Source of the DNA: Candidatus Lustribacter sp.
GTDB taxonomy: Bacteria > Vulcanimicrobiota > Vulcanimicrobiia > Vulcanimicrobiales > Vulcanimicrobiaceae
Direction of reading: 5' to 3'
Length of the DNA stretch: 64,000 nt
NCBI GenBank assembly: GCA_965277805.1
Contig: OZ255842.1
Coordinates: 3,040,001 to 3,104,000 of the forward strand
Position 1 is the stretch's first letter, and each line of letters opens with the position of its first letter. The translations under genes were made by a program, and so were the position numbers. Below the pieces are notes generated by a model, which saw only the letters and a program-made list of their open reading frames with translations, was not told where the DNA came from and searched no databases. Shown here in pieces: positions 38,978 through 48,477 of the stretch.

Positions 38978-40456
38978 ATGCTCAAAACCGGGCGCGCTCA
39001 TCTGGAATCGTTGCGCGACGGGCGGACGATCTTCATCGACGGACGGCGCGTGGACGACGTCACGAGCGATCCGGCGTTTGCCAACGCGTCGGCCTCGATT
39101 GCATCCCTGTACGACGTCGTGAGTTCGCCCGAGCTGACCGACCGCATGACCTATGCGCTCGACGACGGCCGGCGGGCGAACCGCATTTGGCAGCTTCCGA
39201 ACTCCTACAACGATCTGGTCGAACGCCGGCACGCGCTCGAGACGCTCTCTGAAAAGAACGGCGGCTTCGTCGGCCGCGGACCCGATCACGTCGCCTCGTG
39301 CATTGCGGGATTGCACATGGGCCGCGAGGTTTTTGAAGCCTACGATCCCAAGCGCGCCGCGGCGGTCAGCGACTACTACGCCTTTGCGCGCAACAACGAC
39401 GTCTACCTCACCTACGCGCTGATCAACCCGCAGGCCGACCGCTCGAAGACCGCCTCCGAACAGAGCACGGAGTTCCTGGCGGCCGGCGTCGTCGACCGCG
39501 ACGCGCGCGGCCTGACGATTCGCGGCGCCAAGATGCTCGCAACCGGCGCACCGTTCGCGAACGAAATCTTCGTGACGTGCATCCAGCCGCTGCGCCCGGG
39601 CGATGAGAAGTATGCCGTCTCATTCGTCATTCCGATGAACGCGCCGGGTCTGAAGATTCTCTCGCGTAAGTCATACGAAGAAAGCGCGGTGTCGGTGTTC
39701 GACAACCCGCTGGCCGCGCGCTTCGATGAAAACGATGCGGTCATCTACTTCGACGACGTGCTCGTGCCGTGGGAGCGCGTCTTCGTCGACACCAATCTCG
39801 AGATGTGCCAGAAGCAGTTCCACGCGACCCCCGCGCACGTCTATCAGAACTACCAGTCCATGATCCGGCTGACGGTGAAACTGCGCTTCATGCTCGGCAT
39901 CGCACGCCGGGCCGCCGAGACGAACGGCATCCTGGGTCTTCCGCCGGTGCGCGAAATGCTCGGTCAGCTGGCGGCGGAGACCGCGATGGTCGATGCGCTC
40001 GTCGTCGCGATGGAAGCCAAAGGGACGATGCACGGTGCATATTACGTGCCCGACCGGCATACGCTCTACGCGGCCCAAGTGCTTACCCAGCAGTTGTATC
40101 CCAAGGTCGCGCACACGCTGCGCGAGATCGCCGGCGGCGGCATGATCGCGCAGCCGTCGTCGTACCTCGACTTTGCCAACCCCGAAATCGCAGAGTACAT
40201 CGATGCGACGCAGCAGTCGCCGCTGAGCGACGCGCACGACAAGGTCAAGTTCTACAAACTGGCGTGGGATGCGGTCGGCTCCGAGTTCGGTTCGCGTCAC
40301 ACTCAGTACGAGATGTTCTACGCGGGCGCGATGTTCGTCACCAAGGGGCACTCGTTCCGCACCTACGACTGGGAGCGCGCAACCAGCCTCGTCGACGCGA
40401 TTCTCGACTCCTACGATCTGCCTGCCGGCACGCCGGCCATCGCGCTCGTCCGATGA
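38978..40456 (+). CDS. 4-hydroxyphenylacetate 3-hydroxylase family (HpaB-like) flavin monooxygenase, oxygenase component
   Basis: HLESLRDGR, GRGPDH, INPQADRS, GAKMLAT, RFDENDA and GSEFGSRHTQYEMFYAG motifs. Confidence 0.92.
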   Translation: MLKTGRAHLESLRDGRTIFIDGRRVDDVTSDPAFANASASIASLYDVVSSPELTDRMTYALDDGRRANRIWQLPNSYNDLVERRHALETLSEKNGGFVGRGPDHVASCIAGLHMGREVFEAYDPKRAAAVSDYYAFARNNDVYLTYALINPQADRSKTASEQSTEFLAAGVVDRDARGLTIRGAKMLATGAPFANEIFVTCIQPLRPGDEKYAVSFVIPMNAPGLKILSRKSYEESAVSVFDNPLAARFDENDAVIYFDDVLVPWERVFVDTNLEMCQKQFHATPAHVYQNYQSMIRLTVKLRFMLGIARRAAETNGILGLPPVREMLGQLAAETAMVDALVVAMEAKGTMHGAYYVPDRHTLYAAQVLTQQLYPKVAHTLREIAGGGMIAQPSSYLDFANPEIAEYIDATQQSPLSDAHDKVKFYKLAWDAVGSEFGSRHTQYEMFYAGAMFVTKGHSFRTYDWERATSLVDAILDSYDLPAGTPAIALVR

Positions 40457-41880
40457 GCGCAACCGCAACGGCTCCGGCCGGCGTCCTCGATACGCGCTTT
40501 CGCGCCGCGCTCTCGCGCATGGCGCAGCGCGGGCGTTTGCGCGCGTATAACGCTCCGGTCGACATCGAACTCGAAACCGCCGGCCTGATGAAGCGCCTCG
40601 ACGGCGGCCCCGCGCTGCTGTTCACCGACGTGCGCGGCTATTCGATTCCCGTCATCGGCAATTTTCTCGCCGCACGCGAAAACTGCGAAGCGGCTTTCGG
40701 CGTCGATTACCGGACGATCCGCGAATTCATCGTCCGCGCACTCGCCGGTCCGCTGACGCCCGAACCCGCTTCTTCCGCACCCGTGCACCAGAACGTGATC
40801 ACGAGCGGCATCGACATCGGCCGTCTGTTGCCCGTGCTCAAGCACACCGCCGCCGATTCCGGCCGCTTCATCACCGCCGGCGTAGTCGTCACGCGCGATC
40901 CGGAAACGTCCGTCTATAACGCATCCTACCATCGGCTGCAACTCGTCGGCCCCAATACCGCCGCAATCCAGCTCGATCTCGGACGGCATTTGCGCGTGGC
41001 CTGGGAGCGTGCCAAAGCGCGCGGTGAGGCGCTGCCGATTGCGATCTGCATCGGAACCGACATCGCGCTGCAGTACACGGCCGCGACGATGGGCTCGCAG
41101 ATGCCCGAAACGACCGACGAGCTCGCCGTCGCCGGCGGTCTTGCGGGGCGCCCGTTGCCGGTTACCGATGCGATCACGCAACCGCTGATCGTGCCGGCCG
41201 AAACGGAGATCATTCTCGAAGGACGCATCCTTCCCGACCAGACGGTGCCGGAGGGACCGTTCGGAGAATTCGTCGGCTATCTCTCGCCGCCGGGACAAGC
41301 GCCGTTGGTCGAGATCACCGCGATCACGCACCGCACGAAGCCCATCTACCACGCGATCAACGGTTACGGTCGCGAGACCGTCATGCTGCGCAAATACGTG
41401 CTCGAAGCGAGCCTGCTCAAAGTGCTCACGGCATCCGTGCCGATCGTCGTGGATGCGGAAATGACGGCCGGCGGATTGCACCGCTTCCACGCCGTGATCC
41501 AAGTGCGCAAGACAGCGCCGCAGCATAACGGCCTGCAGCGCAACGCGATCCTCGCCGCCTTCGGCGCGCTCAAGGATCTCGATCTCGTCACGGTCGTCGA
41601 CGACGACATCGACATCCGCGATCCGGCCGACGTCGAGTACGCGGTCGCGACGCGCATGGAAGCCTCACGCGACCTCTTCACGATTCCCGGCGCCCGCGGT
41701 CACGAATACGTCCGCGTCGGAGCGAACGGCATTCGCGCCAAGCTGGGCATAGATGCCACCGTACCATTCGAGGAGCGGGCCCGTTTCACACGCGCGCAGT
41801 TCGCCCCCGTCGACGTACGCGAAGATGTGATCGACGCCGACGCCGGACGTTTGCGTGCGCTCATCGAAGATCGGTCATAA
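40453..41880 (+). CDS. UbiD family prFMN-dependent (de)carboxylase
   Basis: DSGRFIT, YNASYHR, VPAETEIILEG, EGPFGEFVGY, VDDDIDI and KLGIDAT motifs. Confidence 0.93.
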   Translation: MSATATAPAGVLDTRFRAALSRMAQRGRLRAYNAPVDIELETAGLMKRLDGGPALLFTDVRGYSIPVIGNFLAARENCEAAFGVDYRTIREFIVRALAGPLTPEPASSAPVHQNVITSGIDIGRLLPVLKHTAADSGRFITAGVVVTRDPETSVYNASYHRLQLVGPNTAAIQLDLGRHLRVAWERAKARGEALPIAICIGTDIALQYTAATMGSQMPETTDELAVAGGLAGRPLPVTDAITQPLIVPAETEIILEGRILPDQTVPEGPFGEFVGYLSPPGQAPLVEITAITHRTKPIYHAINGYGRETVMLRKYVLEASLLKVLTASVPIVVDAEMTAGGLHRFHAVIQVRKTAPQHNGLQRNAILAAFGALKDLDLVTVVDDDIDIRDPADVEYAVATRMEASRDLFTIPGARGHEYVRVGANGIRAKLGIDATVPFEERARFTRAQFAPVDVREDVIDADAGRLRALIEDRS

Positions 41881-42420
41881 ATGAAAGCGCGTCACCAAAC
41901 GGTATCGAAGCCACAGCTCCTCGTCGACGGTGTCGACACCGAGTTCCGTTCGTTCATCCACGATTTTCTCGCCTTCTCGGCCCTGGTCAGCGACATCCGT
42001 GCCGGATTCGGCGCGTACCTCGGTATGACGGGCATCGGCTACACCACGCTCATCTCGATCGCCCACCTCCAAGGCCGCTTCGGCATCGGCGTCAACGCCA
42101 TCGCCGAGCACTTGCACCTCTCGGGCGCGTTCATCACCACCGAGGTCGCCAAACTCGTCCGCGCGGGTTTGGTGCACAAGGGCGTCAACGCGAAAGACAA
42201 ACGGCGCGTGCTCTTGACCGTCACGCCGGCCGGCCGTAAGTTGCTCAACGAGCTCGCCGCGCTGCAGGCGCCGGTCAACGATGCGCTCTTCGACTGCCTG
42301 AGTGCCGCGGAGTTCGCGCAGTTGCGCAACCTGCTCGCGCGCTTGGTGCCCTGCGGCACGCGCGCCATCTCACTGCAGTCCTACCTGATGTCCCCGCAGG
42401 ACCGCGAAGCGAACGCCTAG
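41881..42420 (+). CDS. MarR family transcriptional regulator
   Basis: IAEHLHLSGAFITTEVAKLVRAGLV...DKRRVLLTVTPAG. Confidence 0.9.
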   Translation: MKARHQTVSKPQLLVDGVDTEFRSFIHDFLAFSALVSDIRAGFGAYLGMTGIGYTTLISIAHLQGRFGIGVNAIAEHLHLSGAFITTEVAKLVRAGLVHKGVNAKDKRRVLLTVTPAGRKLLNELAALQAPVNDALFDCLSAAEFAQLRNLLARLVPCGTRAISLQSYLMSPQDREANA

Positions 42421-43358
42421 AGCGGGATTTGCGGCGCGAACAGGTCGGTCGCGCGCATCGGTGACTTGAGCACGCCGTAGTTCGCCAACAGATCGAGTAC
42501 GGGCTGTACGTCGGCCGGACGCATCCGTTCGGCGTAGGTCACGCGCGTGTACTCCGGGAGCATGGGCACGTGCGAGTATTTCTCGAGGATCTTGGCTGAG
42601 GCCGCGTGATTCTTGTTCGCCCACGCGCCGGCCGCAAGGACGATCGCGTTGATCTTCCGCACGATGTCGGGATGCGCGCGCGCGTAGTCTTCGGTGGTGA
42701 AGTAAGCGGCGATCATGAACTTATCGCCGATCGCGTCGTAACATGCGGCGAGCAGGCGCGCGTCGGGCCCGTGCAGCGCGTCGTCCATTGCCGGTTCGCT
42801 GACCGATGCGGCATCGACGCGGCCGGCCTTCATCGCCGCGACCGTCTGCGGATCGCTGACTTCCACCCACTTGACCGTTTTTGAATCGCCGCCGTTCTTA
42901 TCGATCCAGGCCTTCGCGCCGTAGTAGCTCATGTTCGAGATGTCGCGCGTCGCGATCGTCTTGCCGTTGAGGTCGGAGGCCTTCTTGATCGTTGAGTTCT
43001 TGAGCACGATGATGCCCGACGTCGGCGTCGCGCTCGAATAGATCGACGACGGCGCGATGATCTTGATCGGCAGCCCGCTCTCGCGCGCGGCAGCGATACC
43101 CGGAATCGTCATCGCCGCGACGGTCAGCGTTCCGCCGACCACGCCGGCCGCGGTCGCGCCGGGATTGTTGAACGCCTGAACGTCGACTTTCAGGCCGGCC
43201 TTCTCGAAGAGACCGAGATCCTTCGCGTAAAAGATCTCGCCGCCGGAATCGTTGGCGGTGCCGGCGATGACGATCGTCGCGTCGTCCTGCGCGAGCGAGG
43301 GCGCGGCGCCGAGCGCCAGCACCAGCGCGGCCGCGCCCAGCATCCGCGCCGCGCGCAT
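42417..43358 (-). CDS. ABC substrate-binding protein, SsuA/NMT1-like (orphan)
   Basis: AWIDKNGGDSK and GRVDAASVSEP motifs; closely similar to 24592-25539. Confidence 0.85.
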   Translation of the reverse strand: MRAARMLGAAALVLALGAAPSLAQDDATIVIAGTANDSGGEIFYAKDLGLFEKAGLKVDVQAFNNPGATAAGVVGGTLTVAAMTIPGIAAARESGLPIKIIAPSSIYSSATPTSGIIVLKNSTIKKASDLNGKTIATRDISNMSYYGAKAWIDKNGGDSKTVKWVEVSDPQTVAAMKAGRVDAASVSEPAMDDALHGPDARLLAACYDAIGDKFMIAAYFTTEDYARAHPDIVRKINAIVLAAGAWANKNHAASAKILEKYSHVPMLPEYTRVTYAERMRPADVQPVLDLLANYGVLKSPMRATDLFAPQIPL

Positions 43359-44161
43359 CAGGCGGCTTTGCGCTCCCGGATGGCAAGCAGCACGCCGTCG
43401 AGATCGGCCATGTAGACGTCGCCGAGATTCGTGCGTTCGAACAGCTTCTTACGCACGGCGCCTTCTTCGCTGAACTCGAAGCTCTTCGGGTGCAGGTCGG
43501 GATTGCGCGTGATGCGTTTGAGGTCGGTTTGAAACGCTTCGAGGCTTTCGACTTCGAAGCCGAGATGGTCCATCGCCGGGCGTTCGATGCCGCTGCCGTT
43601 GTAATCCGAAAGCTTCCACGGGATGATGACGAGGCTGATGCGGCCGTCGGAGAGTTTGAACGAACCGTTCTCCGAGGTCACGTTCAGTTCGAACACCTCG
43701 CCGTAGAATTCGGCCAGCCGCTCGGGCTCGATCGTGCGCAGCGCGAAGTGCGTGAACACGCGGTCCTGTTCCCAGGCCGGCTTCTCGTACACGAAGTCGC
43801 GGTTTTTCATCCCCTTTTGCGAGAGGTCGAAGTACGTGCCGATCGGGTCGTGTATTCCGAGTCCGGCGAACGGACGATTGCTGGGCCGCTGCGTGATTTC
43901 GATCTGCGGCCACTTCTTCGCCACGCGAGCGCGCACGGTATCGACGTCTTCCACCTGAAGGCCGAAGTGATCCAAACCGGCTTGCCGGCCGCAGACACGC
44001 GGGTTGATGTTCATGCCCACGTAACCGTCGCCGATCGCGAGCGCGCCGGTGTTGAACTTCGCCGTCGAGCCCGACTTGAGATCGAACAGGCCTTGGTAGA
44101 AAACGCCCTGCGCGGCGTAGTTGTCCGACACGATCGCGACGTGGTTCAGTTTTGCAAACAT
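43358..44161 (-). CDS. Two-domain VOC family protein
   Basis: LNHVAI, GDGYVG and GLDHFG; second domain with THFALR, LSDGRISL and MDHLGFEV. Confidence 0.82.
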   Translation of the reverse strand: MFAKLNHVAIVSDNYAAQGVFYQGLFDLKSGSTAKFNTGALAIGDGYVGMNINPRVCGRQAGLDHFGLQVEDVDTVRARVAKKWPQIEITQRPSNRPFAGLGIHDPIGTYFDLSQKGMKNRDFVYEKPAWEQDRVFTHFALRTIEPERLAEFYGEVFELNVTSENGSFKLSDGRISLVIIPWKLSDYNGSGIERPAMDHLGFEVESLEAFQTDLKRITRNPDLHPKSFEFSEEGAVRKKLFERTNLGDVYMADLDGVLLAIRERKAA

Positions 44162-44229
44162 AGCGGTCCCCTCAGGCCGGGACTACGGCCACCCAAGGGG
44201 GAGTCCTGCTAGGGCATGAAGGCCGCCTG

Positions 44230-44970
44230 ATGCGCGTTAAGACCGAGTTCGTCGACCTGCCGCGCGGGGGCGGTGTGATGCGGGTGATGCTCGCGCGCCC
44301 GGCCGACGGCCTTCCGCGGCCCGCGCTTGCGTTTTACTCGGACATTTTTCAGCTTACCGAATCGACGCAACGCACGATGCTGCGCTTTGCCGGCTACGGC
44401 TTCGTCGTTGCGGCACCCGAGATCTATTGGCGTTTTGAAGCACCGGGTACGGCGTTGGTGTTCGACGACGCCGGACGCGACCGCGGGCAAGCCGATGCCA
44501 AGCGCATGCGTGCGGTTGATTTCGACGACGATATCGCCGCGCTGCTGACCTACCTCGCCTCCCGCAAAGACGTCATCGCCGACGCAATCGGCGCCGTCGG
44601 CTTTTGCCTCGGCGGTCACGTGGCATTTCGCGCCGCACTCTCGTCACGCGTGAAAGCGACGTCGCTCTTTTATCCGACCGGACTGCACGCCGGCGATCTC
44701 GCCGGCGACGGCGATGCCGGATCGCTCGCGCGGGCCGCCGAGATTCGCGGTCCGCTGCTGACGATCTTCGGCACCACCGACCCGCACACCGACGCAGCCG
44801 GACGCGAAGCGGTCAAGCGCGGCTTGGATGCGGCCGGCATTCGTCATCGTATTTCGCTTTACGACGCCGAGCACGCGTTCATGCGTGATGTCGGCGCACG
44901 CTACGACCCGAGCGCAACTGACGCAGCCCTCGCCGAAGCGATCGCGTGGTTTCGCGAGAATCTTATATGA
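44230..44970 (+). CDS. Dienelactone hydrolase family protein
   Basis: YSDIFQ, GFCLGG (Cys nucleophile), FGTTDPH and AEHAFMRD motifs. Confidence 0.9.
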   Translation: MRVKTEFVDLPRGGGVMRVMLARPADGLPRPALAFYSDIFQLTESTQRTMLRFAGYGFVVAAPEIYWRFEAPGTALVFDDAGRDRGQADAKRMRAVDFDDDIAALLTYLASRKDVIADAIGAVGFCLGGHVAFRAALSSRVKATSLFYPTGLHAGDLAGDGDAGSLARAAEIRGPLLTIFGTTDPHTDAAGREAVKRGLDAAGIRHRISLYDAEHAFMRDVGARYDPSATDAALAEAIAWFRENLI

Positions 44971-45941
44971 AATCGTTTTGGATTCGTCCCACTGCGGACG
45001 GCACCGTGCTCGAGGAACGCAACGTTCCGACTCCCGAACCGGCCGATGGTCAGTTGCTCGTGCGCGTGCACGCGGCCGGCCTCAACCGCGGCGAACTGCT
45101 GTCCCGTCACGACCTGCACGGCGCGGGCGGCGAAGCGCGCCCGGCCGGCACCGAAGGCGCCGGTGAAGTCGTGCGCATCGGCGCGGGCGTCACGGCGTTC
45201 AAGCCCGGCGATCGCGTCATGGCAACCAGCCGCGGCACGTTTGCCGAGTACGTGATCATGCCGGTGGCCGTCGCGATGCCGGTGCCCGACACGCTAAGCT
45301 GGGCGGAAGCCGGCTGCACGCCGCTGATTTTTCTCGTCGCCCACGACATCCTCGTCGCGCAAGGAAAGCTCACGGCCGGCGAGTGGGTCTTCATTGCCGG
45401 CGCATCTTCGGGTGTCGGCGTGGGCGCGATCCAAGCGGCCAAGGCGCTCGGCGCCAAGACGATCGGCACCTCGGGATCGCCGGCGAAACTCGCGAAGCTA
45501 GCCGAACTCGGTCTCGACATCGGCATCGAAACGCGCGGTCCGGACTTCTACGATCGCGTCATGGAAGCCACCGGCGGAAAAGGCGCGGACCTCGTGATCG
45601 ATGCTGTCGGCGGCACGGTGTTCGGTGAGTGCATGCGCAGCATGGCCTACGAAGGACGGCTCGCAATGGTCGGCTACCTCGACCGCGTGCTGGAGAGCAC
45701 GATCGATCTCGCGACGCTGCATGCCAGACGCTTGAAGTTATTCGGCGTCTCCGCGGTCAACCGGACGCCCGAGCAGCGGGCAGCGGCGGTGCGCGCGTTC
45801 AAGGCGGATTTACTGCCGCTGATTGCAGCCGGCCGCCTCAAACCCTACGTCGACCGCGTCTATTCACTCGACGAGTTGCCGGCGGCGAAAGCGTTTATGG
45901 AAGCGGACGCGCACGTCGGGAAAATCGCCGTCGTTATGTAA
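44967..45941 (+). CDS. NADPH:quinone oxidoreductase (MDR family)
   Basis: VHAAGLNRGE, GTEGAGEV, AGASSGVG and HVGKI motifs. Confidence 0.88.
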   Translation: MKSFWIRPTADGTVLEERNVPTPEPADGQLLVRVHAAGLNRGELLSRHDLHGAGGEARPAGTEGAGEVVRIGAGVTAFKPGDRVMATSRGTFAEYVIMPVAVAMPVPDTLSWAEAGCTPLIFLVAHDILVAQGKLTAGEWVFIAGASSGVGVGAIQAAKALGAKTIGTSGSPAKLAKLAELGLDIGIETRGPDFYDRVMEATGGKGADLVIDAVGGTVFGECMRSMAYEGRLAMVGYLDRVLESTIDLATLHARRLKLFGVSAVNRTPEQRAAAVRAFKADLLPLIAAGRLKPYVDRVYSLDELPAAKAFMEADAHVGKIAVVM

Positions 45942-46883
45942 TCAGCTGCCGTCCCAGACGAAGTCGGCGGCGTTGACCTGCGGCAGAAACTTATACTTGG
46001 CGCCCGCATCGTAGACGACTTGCATGCCGGCTGCATCTTGCTTCGTCGAGAAGCGGCCGTACGCGCGCGGCTCGTTGATCGAGATGTACTTGTGCAGCAC
46101 GACGGCCGCTTTCTCGGGATTCGCCGTAGCCCAATCGCCGGCGGCATAGATCGCGGAGGCGAAACGGTGCGCCGCATCTTTGTTGGCTTCGAGCCACGGC
46201 CGCAGAGCGTACCACACCGTCTGCACGGTGTGCGCCCCGATCGCATCGTCGCCGCTGCCGATCGAACGCGTGCGATCTTTGGCCGCCGAGAGCATCGGTT
46301 CGGGCAAGACGCCCGCATCGACGCGACCCGTAACGATCGCATTGGTGACGAGGAGCGGCCCCATCTCGACGAACTTCACCGTCGAGACGTCGCCACCGGC
46401 CTGATCGATCAATGCAATTGCGGCCAGCGCTTCGAGGCCGTTGAGCGTCGAAACGGCCACCGACTTGCCGCCCAGATCGCGCGGCGAGGTGATCGGCGAA
46501 TTCTTCGCCACCACGACCGCGCTATTTTGAAAGCGTTTGTCGTGCACTTCGGCCGTGGCGATGATGACGAAGGGAATGTTGTGCGCGTGGGCCACGCCGA
46601 CTTGCAGGGCATTACCGGCACCGATGTGCAGGTCGCCCGACGCAACGGCCGGTGCGATGGGCGCCGCGGTCGGGAGCACGCGCACGTCGGCGTTGAGCCC
46701 GTAGCGTTTGAAGAGACCGAGCTCTTCCGCATAGTAGGCTTCGCAGAGCCCTTCGGTACTCGCGCCCGCGATGCGCACGGCACCGCCGCTTTGCGCGCGC
46801 GCGATCCGTCCGCTGAGACTCATCGCGCCGATGAGCGCGCCGCTGCCGGCCAGCCACGCGCCGCGGCCCGGACGATCGATCAT
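45942..46883 (-). CDS. ABC substrate-binding protein, SsuA/NMT1-like (orphan)
   Basis: GLFKRYGLNA, ALIDQAGGD and GRVDAGVLPEP motifs. Confidence 0.85.
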   Translation of the reverse strand: MIDRPGRGAWLAGSGALIGAMSLSGRIARAQSGGAVRIAGASTEGLCEAYYAEELGLFKRYGLNADVRVLPTAAPIAPAVASGDLHIGAGNALQVGVAHAHNIPFVIIATAEVHDKRFQNSAVVVAKNSPITSPRDLGGKSVAVSTLNGLEALAAIALIDQAGGDVSTVKFVEMGPLLVTNAIVTGRVDAGVLPEPMLSAAKDRTRSIGSGDDAIGAHTVQTVWYALRPWLEANKDAAHRFASAIYAAGDWATANPEKAAVVLHKYISINEPRAYGRFSTKQDAAGMQVVYDAGAKYKFLPQVNAADFVWDGS

Positions 46884-47311
46884 CGCGGCGCGGCGCCGAC
46901 CGGCTCTTTGGCCGTCTCTCCGGAACGTTCGACTTCCGTCTCGACGCGTTGGAAACCGTGCTGCGAGATGTCGAACATGTTGCCCTCGGGATCGAGCGCG
47001 CGCTGTTCGGCATACGGCCGGTCGGCCGGACGCTTACGCGGCGCGGGCACACCGGCGCGCGCGAGTCGCTCGCCGATCACGGCGTTGCTGTCGACCTTGA
47101 AACCGAAATGGTTGAGCCCGCGCACGGCTTGTCCGTCGGCGTCGTGCGGCAGCACGGCAACGGTGATATAGCCGTCGCTCAGAAAGACCGCGCCCGAGCC
47201 CGAGGGACTGCGATGGACGACGTCCATTTCGAACACGTCTTCGTAGAACTTCGCCATCTTCGCGGTATCGTCCGCAAAGAGTGCAATGTGGCGGATCTGT
47301 GGTCTCGGCAT
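46880..47311 (-). CDS. VOC/glyoxalase family protein
   Basis: IRHIAL, LSDGYITVAVL, GLNHFGFKV and DPEGNMFDIS motifs. Confidence 0.88.
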   Translation of the reverse strand: MPRPQIRHIALFADDTAKMAKFYEDVFEMDVVHRSPSGSGAVFLSDGYITVAVLPHDADGQAVRGLNHFGFKVDSNAVIGERLARAGVPAPRKRPADRPYAEQRALDPEGNMFDISQHGFQRVETEVERSGETAKEPVGAAPR

Positions 47312-47385
47312 CGGAGGCTCCTCATGTAGCGCCGGCGGGCTTGGGCCTAGATTCGCAACGCCGTCGAGCCTTAACCTTCGAGCCG

Positions 47386-48435
47386 CTAGGTTCCGAGCCG
47401 CGGAAAGAGCTTTAGGGCGTTGCCGCGATTGATCGCCGTCCGCACGTCGTCGGGCAGCGTCGTCGCATCGAAACCCCTGGCGGTCACCGCAATCGGCACG
47501 TAGGGTGTGTCGCTGCCGAACAAGATCTGCGAAACGGGCACGAGGTTCATCAGCGCCGACATCGCCGACGGGTTGGTGGAGTTCGCGATGTCGTAGTGGA
47601 GGCGCTTGAGTTCGGCGATGGCGCCGTGCGGGATCGCCGCATCGAATTCGTGATGGCGCGCGCCGAACGCTTCGATGCGCGCCGAGATCGGCATCGTGGT
47701 ACCGCCCGCATGCGTGAAGATGAACCGGATGTCGGGAAATTGCGAGAACGTGCCGCCGAACAGCATGCTCGTGAGCGTGCGCGTGATCTCGAACATGAAC
47801 TCATCCAGCGACGCAGCAATCCCCGGCAACGACGTCGCACAGCATTGCGGCGACGTCGGGTGGACGAACACCACGGCCTTGCGCCGGTTGAGCTCGGCAA
47901 AGAGCGGCTTGAACGATGGATCGCCCGGGTATTTCTCGCCGTAACTCGAAAGCAAGCCGATGCCGTCGGCCTTGAGCACATCGAGCGCGTATGCCGCTTC
48001 GGCCAGCGAGCCGTCGACATCGGGCAACGGTAACGCGGCGAAGTTTCCGAAGCGGCCCGGATAGTCGCGCAACAGGCCCGCCGCGTACTCGTTGCACGCG
48101 CGGGCGAGCTTGCGCACCGTATCGCGGTTGTTGCTCAGCATCGAGAGCCCGGGCGTCGACATCGAGAGCATTGCCGTCGCCACGCCCGTGCGATCCATCT
48201 CTTCGATCGCCGCTTGCGGCTTCCAATTGAGCACGGCATCGGGATTCACGTCGGCGCCGGCTTCGATTTGCTTGCGTCCCATCGCCAGATACGGCGGCGG
48301 AACCAAATGATTGTGCACGTCGATGCGCCGCGGGCCCGGTGTCTGCGCGAGCGCAGCGTGGGAACCTGCCAGCAGCACCGCGCCCGTGCCGAGAAACGCC
48401 CGCCGCCCGAGCGCGCATACGTCGTCGCCGTTCAT
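47386..48435 (-). CDS. Amidohydrolase_2 family decarboxylase (6-methylsalicylate decarboxylase-like) with Tat signal
   Basis: GRRAFL signal; IDVHNH, VFVHP, THAGG and LFGSDTPY motifs. Confidence 0.85.
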   Translation of the reverse strand: MNGDDVCALGRRAFLGTGAVLLAGSHAALAQTPGPRRIDVHNHLVPPPYLAMGRKQIEAGADVNPDAVLNWKPQAAIEEMDRTGVATAMLSMSTPGLSMLSNNRDTVRKLARACNEYAAGLLRDYPGRFGNFAALPLPDVDGSLAEAAYALDVLKADGIGLLSSYGEKYPGDPSFKPLFAELNRRKAVVFVHPTSPQCCATSLPGIAASLDEFMFEITRTLTSMLFGGTFSQFPDIRFIFTHAGGTTMPISARIEAFGARHHEFDAAIPHGAIAELKRLHYDIANSTNPSAMSALMNLVPVSQILFGSDTPYVPIAVTARGFDATTLPDDVRTAINRGNALKLFPRLGT

Positions 48436-48438
48436 TTC

Positions 48439-48467
48439 TTGACAGTCCCCTACGATGCGAATAGCAT
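48439..48467 (+). promoter_or_regulatory. Putative sigma70 promoter of the LysR gene
   Basis: TTGACA-N17-TAGCAT. Confidence 0.6.
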
Positions 48468-48477
48468 CCTCTTTCAC

